From: a virus
Lineage: Duplodnaviria > Caudoviricetes
Direction: 5' to 3' (one strand)
DNA length: 64,000 nt
Virus record (IMG/VR): IMGVR_UViG_3300032236_001024
Location: 64,001 to 128,000 of that record
Positions 20,939 through 31,900 of the stretch are shown here, one piece after another. Below the pieces are notes generated by a model. The model was not told where the DNA came from, ran no database searches, and saw only the letters and a list, made by a program, of their open reading frames with translations. The position numbers and the translations under genes are program-made. How positions within the stretch are numbered: the first letter of the stretch is position 1; each line of letters begins with the position of its first letter.

Positions 20939-23900
20939 ATGGCAATTCAAATACAATTAAGAAGAGGTACTGCAGCACAATGGGCTACTGCTAATACAAT
21001 ATTAGCACTAGCAGAATTAGCCATTGAAATTGATACTTCTTTATTTAAAATTGGTGATGGATTAACACATTGGTCTGATCTTCCATATGGTGGTATTCGT
21101 GGTTTTACTGGTTCACGAGGTGATACTGGATATGTTGGTTCGTATGGGTATACTGGATCAAGAGGATATACAGGATCATTTGGGTATACTGGCTCGCAAG
21201 GTATAACTGGGTATGTTGGATCACAAGGTTATACAGGATCATATGGATATACTGGTTCGCAGGGATATACTGGATCACAAGGTATAACTGGATATGTTGG
21301 TTCACAGGGTTATTCTGGTTCTTATGGTTATACAGGATCACAAGGCTATACAGGTTCGTATGGTCCAATAGCTGGATCAAATACACAAGTTGTATTTAAT
21401 GATAGTGGAATTGCTGGTGGTAGTGCTGGATTAACATTCAATAAAAATAATTATACATTAACTACTAATAGTATCATAGCAAATACATTCTCTGGTACTT
21501 CTAATAATTCAACATATGCATTTGGCAAAACTGAAATTGCATTGAATGTAAACACTTCACTTGTATCAAATAATTCAACATATGCATTCGGTAAAACTGA
21601 AATTGCATTAAACGTAAACACTGCTCTTGTATCAAATAACGCTACTTATGCATTTGGCAAAACAGAATCCAATCTTAACGTAAACAATGCAACAACAGCA
21701 AATAATTCTACTTACGTATATGGCAAAACAGAAATTGCATTAAACGTAAACACTGCTCTTGTATCAAATAACGCTACTTATGCATTTGGCAAAACAGAAT
21801 CAAATCTAAATGTAAATAATGCTACTTATGCATTTGGCAAAACAGAATCAAATCTAAATGTAAATAATGCTACTTATGCATTTGGCAAAACAGAATCCAA
21901 TCTTAATGTTAACAATGCAGTTACAGCAAATAACTCAACATATGCATTTGGTAAAAGTGAAATAAATCTTAATGTTAATAATTCTCTTACTTCAAATAAT
22001 ACAACATATTTGAATGGACAACTTTCATCATATTACACAAATGCTTCAAATATTTCTACTGGCACATTGGGAGCATCTAGACTTCCATATGCAATGAATC
22101 AGGGCGTTTCTACTACTAGTTCTGTAACATTTGCAAATGTCTCAATAACTGGTGGTACTGTGGCAACAACTCCACAATATAGCACAGATATTGTTAATAA
22201 ACAATACGCAGATGCTATTGCTACGGGTATTAATTTTCACCCATCTGTTAGATTAACAACAACACAAACTTTTGATAGTTCTACTGCAACATATTATAAT
22301 GGTGCAAATGGTGTAGGAGCTACTATCACTGATAATTCTCCATATATTGCTTTATCATTAGATGGCGTAACTGCAGCATATGGTGATCGTATACTTATGC
22401 GTGGTTCAAGCAATTCTGTTTGGAATGGAATTTATACAGTATCTAATACTGGTTCTGGTTCTTATCCTTGGATTATGACAAGATCATATGATTACGATCA
22501 AGTTGGTACTGGTACAAATGAAATTGATCAAGGTGATTTGATATATGTGACGGCTGGTTCTACTTTAGCTGGAACTTCTTGGGTACAACAAGAATCGGTA
22601 AATACAATTGGTACTGATGCAATATCATTTGTACAATTTAGTTCTAAAGCCCTTTTTGCATTATCATCTGGTTCTGGACTATATTATAGTGCTGGTGGTG
22701 CATTTGATGGTTCTGCAGCATCTACACTTGCAGTAAATACTTCATATATTGGAACACTAACTGCTAACAATGCAACATATGCATTTGGTAAAACAGAATC
22801 CAATCTTAACGTAAACAATTCGACATATGCATTTGGCAAAACAGAATCTAATCTTAATGTAAATAATGCTACTTATGCATTTGGTAAAACAGAATCTACA
22901 TTAAGTGTTAATAATGCATTATATTTAAATGGTGTTGCAGCTTCTTATTATGTAAATACTTCTGCTTCATATACTATCACTGGTATTCATACACACAATG
23001 CTAATATTGTACTTGGAAGTATTGGTATATCTGCTAATGGTTCTTATGGAACTGACACACAAGTATTGAAAGCCAATTCTACTGGTGGTGTTTTTTGGGG
23101 AACTGGTGTTTCTGGTTATACTGGTTCACAAGGAAATCTTGGTTATACAGGATCATATGGATATACTGGTTCACAGGGTTATGCTGGCTCTACTGGTTAT
23201 GTTGGGTCTCAAGGTAATTTAGGTTATGCTGGTTCTACTGGTTTTGTCGGATCAACTGGTTATGTCGGATCACAAGGATATGCTGGATCAACTGGTTATG
23301 TTGGATCACAAGGATATGCTGGATCAACTGGTTATGTCGGTTCTCAAGGATATGCTGGATCAACTGGTTATGTTGGATCAACTGGTTATGTTGGATCACA
23401 AGGATATGCTGGTTCTACTGGTTATGTTGGATCAACTGGTTATGTTGGATCACAAGGATATGCTGGTTCTACTGGTTATGTTGGATCAACTGGTTATGTT
23501 GGATCACAAGGATATGCTGGATCAACTGGTTATGTCGGTTCTCAAGGATATGCTGGTTCTACTGGTTATTTCGGATCAACAGGATATGTAGGTTCATCTG
23601 GAACTAATGGTTATTCCGGATCAGTTGGTTATGTAGGTTCATCTGGTTCAGTTGGTTATGTAGGTTCAGCTGGAACTAATGGTTATACTGGATCAGTTGG
23701 TTATGTAGGTTCAGCTGGAACTAATGGTTATACTGGATCAGTTGGTTATGTAGGTTCATCTGGTTCAGTTGGTTATGTAGGTTCAGCTGGAACTAATGGT
23801 TATACTGGATCAGTAGGTTATGTTGGTTCAGCTGGTTCAAATGGCTATTCTGGATCAGTTGGTTATTTTGGTTCAACTGGTTATACAGGTTCGTCTGGAT

Positions 23901-24211
23901 CAGTTGGATATATTGGTTCAGTAGGTTATGTTGGTTCAGCTAGTACTGTTATTGGTTATACTGGATCAGCTGGTTCTGGCGGTTCTGGTGGTTCTTGGAC
24001 TGGTGGAACTATGTCCAATACAGTCTATTTTTCCAACACAGCCGCATCAACTAATAACGTATCTGGTGCAGTTACTGTTCTTGGTGGTCTTGGTGTGAAT
24101 GGTAATATATATACTGCAAGTCGTGTTGGATTTGCTAACTCAGGTAATACTGGTGTAGCATATACATATTATAATGAAGTTTTGAACTCAATTGATACGG
24201 TATTTGGTTAA
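20939..24211 (+). CDS. Tail fibre protein with Mtd_N-like N-terminal domain
   Basis: N-terminus IQLRRGTAAQW...E.DT..FKIGDG.T.W..LPY matches the Mtd N-terminal / hyaluronidase-type anchor. Also NNATYAFGKTE repeats, a GDRIL...NGIYTV...W..TRS.DYD phage structural domain and Gly-X-Y blocks. Confidence 0.8.
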   Translation: MAIQIQLRRGTAAQWATANTILALAELAIEIDTSLFKIGDGLTHWSDLPYGGIRGFTGSRGDTGYVGSYGYTGSRGYTGSFGYTGSQGITGYVGSQGYTGSYGYTGSQGYTGSQGITGYVGSQGYSGSYGYTGSQGYTGSYGPIAGSNTQVVFNDSGIAGGSAGLTFNKNNYTLTTNSIIANTFSGTSNNSTYAFGKTEIALNVNTSLVSNNSTYAFGKTEIALNVNTALVSNNATYAFGKTESNLNVNNATTANNSTYVYGKTEIALNVNTALVSNNATYAFGKTESNLNVNNATYAFGKTESNLNVNNATYAFGKTESNLNVNNAVTANNSTYAFGKSEINLNVNNSLTSNNTTYLNGQLSSYYTNASNISTGTLGASRLPYAMNQGVSTTSSVTFANVSITGGTVATTPQYSTDIVNKQYADAIATGINFHPSVRLTTTQTFDSSTATYYNGANGVGATITDNSPYIALSLDGVTAAYGDRILMRGSSNSVWNGIYTVSNTGSGSYPWIMTRSYDYDQVGTGTNEIDQGDLIYVTAGSTLAGTSWVQQESVNTIGTDAISFVQFSSKALFALSSGSGLYYSAGGAFDGSAASTLAVNTSYIGTLTANNATYAFGKTESNLNVNNSTYAFGKTESNLNVNNATYAFGKTESTLSVNNALYLNGVAASYYVNTSASYTITGIHTHNANIVLGSIGISANGSYGTDTQVLKANSTGGVFWGTGVSGYTGSQGNLGYTGSYGYTGSQGYAGSTGYVGSQGNLGYAGSTGFVGSTGYVGSQGYAGSTGYVGSQGYAGSTGYVGSQGYAGSTGYVGSTGYVGSQGYAGSTGYVGSTGYVGSQGYAGSTGYVGSTGYVGSQGYAGSTGYVGSQGYAGSTGYFGSTGYVGSSGTNGYSGSVGYVGSSGSVGYVGSAGTNGYTGSVGYVGSAGTNGYTGSVGYVGSSGSVGYVGSAGTNGYTGSVGYVGSAGSNGYSGSVGYFGSTGYTGSSGSVGYIGSVGYVGSASTVIGYTGSAGSGGSGGSWTGGTMSNTVYFSNTAASTNNVSGAVTVLGGLGVNGNIYTASRVGFANSGNTGVAYTYYNEVLNSIDTVFG
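21503..22920 (+). repeat. NN(A/S)TYAFGKTE(S/I)(N/A)LNV 16/22-aa repeats in two blocks (8 + 3 copies)
   Basis: Counted from the translation. Some 48-bp units are nearly identical at DNA level (about 21770-21900). Confidence 0.85.
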
Positions 24212-27200
24212 TGGCAGTAGCATCTAGATTAGATTCAGTTGGTAATTTCACGGTAGCCAATACAGGTATATTGGATGAAATATCATCATCTGATCCTAAT
24301 CAGTATAGTGTATACTCTACTAGCAGCAATAATAGTTATCTTTCTATATCAAGTGCGTCTGTTCCTGCAACTGGACCATTCACAATTGAAGCATGGATAT
24401 ACACAACAGTTTCAGCTACTCAAACAATATACAGCCAATATCTACAAAGTGGTGATGCTAATAGATGGCATTTTTCTATAGATAATAATACTGGATATAA
24501 ATTATCTTTTTCTCATGGTACAGCAGCAACAGCTTGGGGAAGCACAGTAGTTCCATTAAATCAGTGGAATCACGTTGCAGTAACAAGAGATTCTAGTAAT
24601 AATCTAAGATTTTTCTTAAATGGCGTATTAGATGGAACAACAGCATCGTATACTGCTACTCTCAGTCAGAATGCTCCAAGAATAAGTGGATTTCTTAATA
24701 CTGGTGTTAGCCAGTATAATTTTCAAGGATATATTTCTAATTTTCGTATTGTCAGTGGAACAGCTGTATATACTAATTCATTTATACCATCAAAAGCACC
24801 ATTAACAGCAATACCTAGTACAGTATTACTTACTTGTCAATCATCTACTTTTATTGATAACTCATCATCAGCAAAAACAATAACTAATGCTGGTCTAGTA
24901 ACTACATACCTACCACCACAATCAGATTTCTATGCTGCATCCTTTAATGGTAGTTCTCAATATATTTCTATACCTAATGCAGCTGGTGTAGCAAGTTATG
25001 CTAGTGATTTTACTGTAGAATTTTGGATGTATCCAACAGCTTTAGTATCTGGCACATATGGATTAGCTGGTCAATATAGACTTTCTAATGGTAGGTCTTG
25101 GTTAATAACTGTTGGCTCAAATGGATATATTCAAGTAAGTAATGGCACAACAGCATCAGGTAGTTATGTTGGCGCAGCTGTAGTTGGTGCATGGACGCAT
25201 GTTGCATGGGTTCGAAGTGGATCAATTTGGTATCTTTATATCAATGGTATTCAACAGAGCAGTCCTGCTTCAAATGGAACCCCTGCAGCAAGTACTGAAA
25301 ATATTATTATTGGAGCAAATGGTGATGCTGCAAGTCCTACTTGGTTTTTCCCTGGTTATATTTCAAACTTCCGTATTGTAAAGGGTACAGCATTATATAC
25401 TGGTGCTTTTAAACCAGATATTAATTTTACACCTGTATCTGGTACATCTGTTCTTACATTACAAAATTCTTCATTAGTAGATAACTCAACTAATATATAC
25501 ACAATAACTAACAGCACTAGTGTTACGTCATCGCTTATAAGATCACCAAATTTTCTTACAACTGCATCACAACAATCTTTTGATGGCAATCATAAAGTAG
25601 GTGGTATATATGATGAGGTAACTATTACACCGTCTAATCAATATGCTACTTCTTTTAGTGGTAGTAGTCAATACATATCAGTTCCATCTGGCCCTTTTGT
25701 AATAGGAACAAGTAATTTTACTGCTGAATGTTGGATAAATTCAAACAATTTAGCATCAAATCCAGTATTCATAGATAACTGGGCTCTTGCATCTGGTAAC
25801 TTAACAGGTCAATGGCAATTAACAGCTAATGCTACTACAATAACTTTTTGGTATGGAACTGGAACTAATACTCAATCATCTGTATCTGGTTCATTTGCTT
25901 TTTCTGCAAATACCTGGTATCACGTAGCAGCTGTCAGAGAAGGAACAGGTACAAATCAATTTAAAATATATGTAAATGGTAATGTTGTTGCAACAGGAAC
26001 TATATCAGCAAGTTTAGGTGTTAGTGTTGCTGGTAGTATTGGTAGACAAACATCTAATCAATTTTTTATGGGTGGTTATATTTCTAATGTTCGTGTAGTT
26101 ATAGGAACTGCAGTATACACTCGAAACTTTATACCTCCGGTTGCACCATTAGCTGCTGTACCTGGAACAACTTTGCTTACCTGTCAAAATGCAACCACAG
26201 TTGATAACTCATTTTATGCATACTCACTTACAAATAATAGTACGACAGTTTATAATCCGCCATACCCAACTTTTTATGCTACATCGTTTAGTGGTTCTGG
26301 ACAATACCTTGATACTCCTAGTAGTGCAACGCTAACACTAGGAACTGGTGATTTTACTATTGAATCATGGGTATATTGGAAAGGTGGAGCAAATAGAATA
26401 GTAGGTGGTAGTGGTACTAATGATACTGTTTTCAACGTTGTTATGGACGTTGCAAATGATGGCAGCTTTAATTTTGGTGGATGGACAACAGGTACAAAAT
26501 CTACCCTCAAGATTACACAAAATACATGGAATCATTTTGCTTGGACTAGAGTAGGAACAACAGAAAGATTCTTTGTTAATGGTGTGTTGAGTGATACAGT
26601 GACTCGTAGTTTTAATTTCAGTGCAACTACTTCTGTTGGTATAGGACACATAACAAATACAAATGGTCTTTGGAATGGTTATATCTCAAATCTCCGTATT
26701 GTTAAAGGTTTATCATTATATAACTCTGCTTTTACTCCATCTCAAACAAATCTAACAGCTGTAACAGGAACAGTACTGCTCACATGTCAAAATGCAACGA
26801 TTATCGATAACTCAACTAATGCATTTACTATAACAAATACTGGAACCGTGACCGTTCTTCCTGCTGCTCCATTTACTTCTGTCAGACAGCAATACTCTTC
26901 TGGCGACTATCTTGTTAGTGGAGTATTTGATGAAGTTACAGCTATAAATGAATCTTATAGTGCATCGTTTAATGGTAGTAGTCAGTATCTTTCTTTTACA
27001 GGAACTTCTTCTGTACAACTGTCAGGTAGTCCTTTTACTGTTGAATGTTGGATTAACTTAACTGGATATTCAGCAGGATATGGTCCTTCTTCTAACGTGT
27101 ATGCTGGTGCTCTTTTCTGGAATGATTATGCAGGCGGCGGTAATGGTTTTGAATTAGTACTAGCAGGTACATCATCATCTTGGACAAGTATATATTTTTA

Positions 27201-28242
27201 TTCAAAATCATCTGGCGCCCAAACAAATAATATATTAAAATCTTATGCGTTTTCGTTAAATACTTGGTATCATGTTGCTGTTGTTTCTAATGGTTCTACT
27301 CTTACATTCTATGTAAATGGTACATCAATTGGTTCTGGTGCGATAACAACTTGGACGGATACAACAACATATGCTATTGGTGGCGGTGGTAACTCGCCAT
27401 ATGGTTATTATTTTCCTGGATATATGTCAAATTTTCGAGTTGTAAAAGGTATTGCTGTTTATACTGGTAATTTTAATCCTCCACAATCACATCTAACAGC
27501 TGTTCCTGGAACTTCGCTTCTAACTTGTCAGTCAAGCACATTGGTAGACAATTCAACAAATGCATTTACAATAACTAATAATGGTTCAGTAACAACATAT
27601 AAACCACCATATTCACCATTTTATGCTGCATCGTTTAATGGTAGCAGTCAGTATTTAAGAGTTGCAAGTAATGCTGCCTTTTCTATGGGAACTGGTGATT
27701 TTACTTTTGAATTTTGGATTTATCCAACATCATTTGCTACCGCTTCGTTTCCATTAGACCTAAGAGGTGGCGTAACATTAAATCCAGCTCCATTATTTTA
27801 TATGGACACTACTGGAGCTATGGTTTTGGGCATACCCAATGGTGCAACAACTGCATATCCAGCGTCTGTACCATCGCTCACTTTAAATGCTTGGAATCAT
27901 GTTGCTTGGGTAAGAGCATCCGGATTTACATCTGCGTATTTAAATGGTGTTTATTCCAATGGTAGTGCAGATACTAACACATACGGACAATATGGTGTTA
28001 GTATTGGAGCCACAGGTGGTTCTGCTGTAAATTTATTTCCTGGATATATATCAAATCTTCGTATAGTAAAAGGCGTTGCTGTTTATACTTCAGCATTTAC
28101 ACCTCCCACTAGTCAATTGACAGCAATATCTGGTACATCATTACTTACTTGTCAATCTAGTACGTTAATTGATAATTCAACCAATGGATTTACTATAACA
28201 AATACAGGATCAGTATCAACAGTTCCTCGTGAACCGTTCTAA
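24211..28242 (+). CDS. Concanavalin A/LamG-like lectin array protein (6 domains)
   Basis: Six FT(I/V/A/F)E.W...W.H.A..R...GY(I/M)SN.R.V.G..(V/L)Y repeats. TAATG coupling to 20939. Confidence 0.85.
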   Translation: MAVASRLDSVGNFTVANTGILDEISSSDPNQYSVYSTSSNNSYLSISSASVPATGPFTIEAWIYTTVSATQTIYSQYLQSGDANRWHFSIDNNTGYKLSFSHGTAATAWGSTVVPLNQWNHVAVTRDSSNNLRFFLNGVLDGTTASYTATLSQNAPRISGFLNTGVSQYNFQGYISNFRIVSGTAVYTNSFIPSKAPLTAIPSTVLLTCQSSTFIDNSSSAKTITNAGLVTTYLPPQSDFYAASFNGSSQYISIPNAAGVASYASDFTVEFWMYPTALVSGTYGLAGQYRLSNGRSWLITVGSNGYIQVSNGTTASGSYVGAAVVGAWTHVAWVRSGSIWYLYINGIQQSSPASNGTPAASTENIIIGANGDAASPTWFFPGYISNFRIVKGTALYTGAFKPDINFTPVSGTSVLTLQNSSLVDNSTNIYTITNSTSVTSSLIRSPNFLTTASQQSFDGNHKVGGIYDEVTITPSNQYATSFSGSSQYISVPSGPFVIGTSNFTAECWINSNNLASNPVFIDNWALASGNLTGQWQLTANATTITFWYGTGTNTQSSVSGSFAFSANTWYHVAAVREGTGTNQFKIYVNGNVVATGTISASLGVSVAGSIGRQTSNQFFMGGYISNVRVVIGTAVYTRNFIPPVAPLAAVPGTTLLTCQNATTVDNSFYAYSLTNNSTTVYNPPYPTFYATSFSGSGQYLDTPSSATLTLGTGDFTIESWVYWKGGANRIVGGSGTNDTVFNVVMDVANDGSFNFGGWTTGTKSTLKITQNTWNHFAWTRVGTTERFFVNGVLSDTVTRSFNFSATTSVGIGHITNTNGLWNGYISNLRIVKGLSLYNSAFTPSQTNLTAVTGTVLLTCQNATIIDNSTNAFTITNTGTVTVLPAAPFTSVRQQYSSGDYLVSGVFDEVTAINESYSASFNGSSQYLSFTGTSSVQLSGSPFTVECWINLTGYSAGYGPSSNVYAGALFWNDYAGGGNGFELVLAGTSSSWTSIYFYSKSSGAQTNNILKSYAFSLNTWYHVAVVSNGSTLTFYVNGTSIGSGAITTWTDTTTYAIGGGGNSPYGYYFPGYMSNFRVVKGIAVYTGNFNPPQSHLTAVPGTSLLTCQSSTLVDNSTNAFTITNNGSVTTYKPPYSPFYAASFNGSSQYLRVASNAAFSMGTGDFTFEFWIYPTSFATASFPLDLRGGVTLNPAPLFYMDTTGAMVLGIPNGATTAYPASVPSLTLNAWNHVAWVRASGFTSAYLNGVYSNGSADTNTYGQYGVSIGATGGSAVNLFPGYISNLRIVKGVAVYTSAFTPPTSQLTAISGTSLLTCQSSTLIDNSTNGFTITNTGSVSTVPREPF

Positions 28243-28271
28243 TAAATAGATAAAAGCAAACAGGATTAACA

Positions 28272-28904
28272 ATGGCAAAGCTTCAAGGTGGCACAAGAAT
28301 ATATGGTACAGCTAACGTAGATTCAAATCTCTACGTAACTAGCACAGTCAATGCTGCATCATTTACTATTGGTTCAAACTTTACTGCAAATACTACTAGA
28401 TTGGGAATAGGTGTTCCTATTCTAGCTAACAATGCTATTGGTACAGCTGGACAAGTTTTAACATCAAATTCTACTGGTGGACTATATTGGTATATTGGTC
28501 CAACTGGTTATTCTGGTTCTGTTGGATATGTAGGATCGACAGGATATGTAGGATCGGTTGGTTATTTTGGTTCTGTTGGATATGTAGGATCGACAGGATA
28601 TGTAGGATCAGTAGGTTATGTAGGCTCTGCAAGTACTGTAATAGGATATACTGGTTCTCCTGGTACTGGCGGTGGTGGTTCTGGTAACGGATATACTGGT
28701 TCAGCTGGATATACTGGTTCAGCAGCAGGACCAATTGGATATACTGGTTCTCCTGGTAGCGGTGGTTCTGGTGGTGGTTTCTCCAATGGTCAATCAATTG
28801 CAGTTGCAAATCTAGCGTTTACAAATTCTACATCTAGTAGTACAGGAATAGCGTATATGTTTGTTAACACAGTTTCTTATAGTATTGATACGGTTTTTGT
28901 ATAA
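28272..28904 (+). CDS. Short Gly-X-Y fibre/adaptor protein
   Basis: MAKLQGGTRIYG N-terminus, GQVLTSN..GG.YW motif, Gly-X-Y block, C-terminal SIDTVF shared with 20939. Confidence 0.7.
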   Translation: MAKLQGGTRIYGTANVDSNLYVTSTVNAASFTIGSNFTANTTRLGIGVPILANNAIGTAGQVLTSNSTGGLYWYIGPTGYSGSVGYVGSTGYVGSVGYFGSVGYVGSTGYVGSVGYVGSASTVIGYTGSPGTGGGGSGNGYTGSAGYTGSAAGPIGYTGSPGSGGSGGGFSNGQSIAVANLAFTNSTSSSTGIAYMFVNTVSYSIDTVFV

Positions 28905-31900
28905 TGGCTAACACAGTAAGTAAAGTAGCAAATACTGGTATAATGTATACCAAAGGTGAAATTGATGAATTGTCAATTAATCCAAATGCTCAAGGTAGTA
29001 TATCATTTAATGGTAGTAGTCAATATTTAAGTTTACCAGCTAGTAGTGCTTTTGCTTTTGGTACTGGCGATTTTACTATTGAGTGTTGGGTTAATCCAAC
29101 AACAGCTCCAATTTCAACACCCGTAGCATCAACAGTTAAAGCAATATATGGTTATAGAAATGGCGCTGATACGCTTCCATATTTATATTGGGCGTTTACA
29201 GGTGGCGTTTCATTTGCTGGAGATATAACGACATATTTAGCTTCTAACGTACAATTAACTTTAAATGTTTGGACGCATATTGCTGTTGTTCGTATAGGCA
29301 CAGCAATGAATATGTATATCAATGGAACTTCTGTTGCTTCTAACTCAAGTGTAACACAAAATTTTAGCGATTCAGCAAATGTTAGATATGTTGGATTTTT
29401 TAATGGTACAAATGGTTATTATTGGCCAGGAAATATTTCAAATTTACGTATTGTCAATGGCGTAGGTGTATACACTGGAGCCTTTACTCCTCCTACACAA
29501 CAATTGCAAAAATTACAACTTGCAGGAACAAACATTGCTGCTCTTACCAATTCTGCAAATACATCGTTATTATTGAATACATTATATAATAATGCATTTA
29601 TTGATTCAAGTGATAATAATTTTACAGTTGCTAATACAGCTTCACCAACATCAACACCACAACAACCATTTAATCCTGATGGTAATTATTCATATAATAC
29701 AAATACATCTAGTACTACATCTGGTGCATATATAACTGCTCCAGCGAATGTAAACTATGCATTTGGTACTGGCGATTTTACTGTTGAAGCTTGGGTTTAT
29801 ATAACAACTGCAGCTGGTTCATCAGCTTTTTTTGGACCTTGGACAGGAACAGCTTCAACTAGTGCATGGGTTTTTACACAAGGCGCTACTGCAACAAATC
29901 TTAGGTTTGGTGTTTCAAATGGATCAGCAACTACGTTTGTTGAAGGTACTGGTGGTTTAACATCAATAAACAAATGGATTCATATTGCAGCAGTAAGAAT
30001 AAGCGGAAACATAGTATTATATTCAGATGGTGTTTCAGTTTATTCTGGAGCATTATCGCAAAATATATCTGTATCTTCACAGGTATTACAAATTAATGGT
30101 ATTAATGGCTTAACATTTTTAACAACTGGATATATTTCCAATGTAAGAGTTGTTAAAGGTGTAGGTGTATACACTGGAACCTTTACTCCACCAACTACAC
30201 CATTAAGAGCAATACAATCAGCTGGAGCAAATATTGCTGCTATCACAGGAAATACAACAGTATTTACAAGTTTGCTTACTTGTCAATCAAAAACTTTAAA
30301 AGATAATGGCGCTAATAACGTTACGTTATCTGTTCCATCAACAATAAAACCAGTTCTATATTCGAATACAATACCATTTTCTAATGTATCTTTTGCAAAT
30401 AGTGGTTTGCCTGTAAGTAAACATTATAGCAACGGGGCATTACAAATAGTTGGTTCATTAGATGAAGTATCATTGAATACAAACATGGCTGGTAGTGTTA
30501 GTTTCAATGGTACAACTCAATATTTGGTTCTGCCATTGAACGAAGCATTTAATATTGGCACTGGTGATTTTACTTTTGATGCTTGGATAATGCCAACAAA
30601 TGCTACTATTCCACAGTGGGCGTGTATTTTTGGTGGTGTTAACTATGGTTCATCTTCAGATTATGTGTTTCAAGCTGGTTCTGGTCCCAACGTTGGTAAT
30701 TATCCGTATGCGAATTTTACTAACTCACAGGCAGATAATATAAATTCTTCTGTTGCATTAGTGCCATTTAAATGGCAGCATATAGCTTTAAGTCGTAAAT
30801 CTGGCGTCACAGCTATGTTTATTGATGGGGTTTTAACTGGAACTTATTATAACCCAAATAATTCTATGAACAATACTTTACAAAAGGGTATTGGTGGTGG
30901 ATATAATGGTAACGTCAATACATTGTTCCCTGGGTATATTTCTAATGTTCGTCTAGTTAAAGGATTAGCAGTTTATTCTGGTATATGGAATTCGCCAACT
31001 ACAGCATTAACAACAACGAGTCAAAATGCTACTGCTGCTCAGGTAAGTTTATTAACAGCTCAGTCAGCAACTATTGTTGATAATTCTACTAATGCATTTA
31101 CCATTACTAACAATAATACAGTTACAAGCGGCAATTCAATAATACCATTTGCTAGCACATATAGTTATCAGTTTAATGGAACTAGTCAATACTTAACTGT
31201 TCCTAATAATGCAGCATTTCAATTTGGTACAGGTGAATTTACCGTAGAATGCTGGGTTTATCCAACAGCAGCTGCTGATGCTGCAATATATTCTAAAAGA
31301 GCAACAAGTTCTATTTATGCTGGCGTCAGTGTACACACCACAGCAGCGGGATTTTTTGCTGTATTTTTAGCAAATGCTGGTGGTACTGCTTGGACAATTA
31401 GTAATACTACAGTTTCAGCTTATTCTATTAATACTTGGTATCATATTGTAGTAACGAAAAAAACTACATTATATGGTTCACATATTTATTTTTATGTTAA
31501 TGGTTCTCTTAAATATAGAGGCACTATGAATACTGGTGCATCAGTTGCAATTTTTGATGATGCTGCTGCAGTAGCAATTGGAGCAGGTTCATCAACAACG
31601 CCATCATTTTATTTTCCAGGTTATATATCAAATCTTCGTGTTGTTAAAGGTACTGCGTTATATCAGAACCAAACTATATTTACTCCGCCATCTAGATCAT
31701 TAGACACAACACAACAAGCAAGTGCAAATATTGCAGCTATTACTAATAAATCTCAAGTTAGTTTGTTATTAGAAACAGCAAAACTTAATTATATTGATAC
31801 AAGCTTGTATAGTCATGCAATAACAAAAGGTGGAACACCTCCTTCATCTGTACAAAGTCCATTTTTAACAAATCCAAGTGGTTATTTTAGTAATTTATTT

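Noticed and set aside
20939-21100. Diversity-generating retroelement suggested by the Mtd_N domain
   Set aside because: No reverse transcriptase, no template/variable repeat pair and no C-type-lectin C-terminus seen in the window. Mtd_N alone is a common anchor.
2650-23591. Many 60-190-aa alternative-frame and antisense ORFs within the Gly-X-Y genes
   Set aside because: By-products of repetitive codons that lack stops in other frames, giving low-complexity NQ/LV/W translations.
12338-23900. Tandem 18-bp and 48-bp repeats as a possible CRISPR array
   Set aside because: In-frame coding repeats with synonymous variation, no unique spacers and no cas genes.
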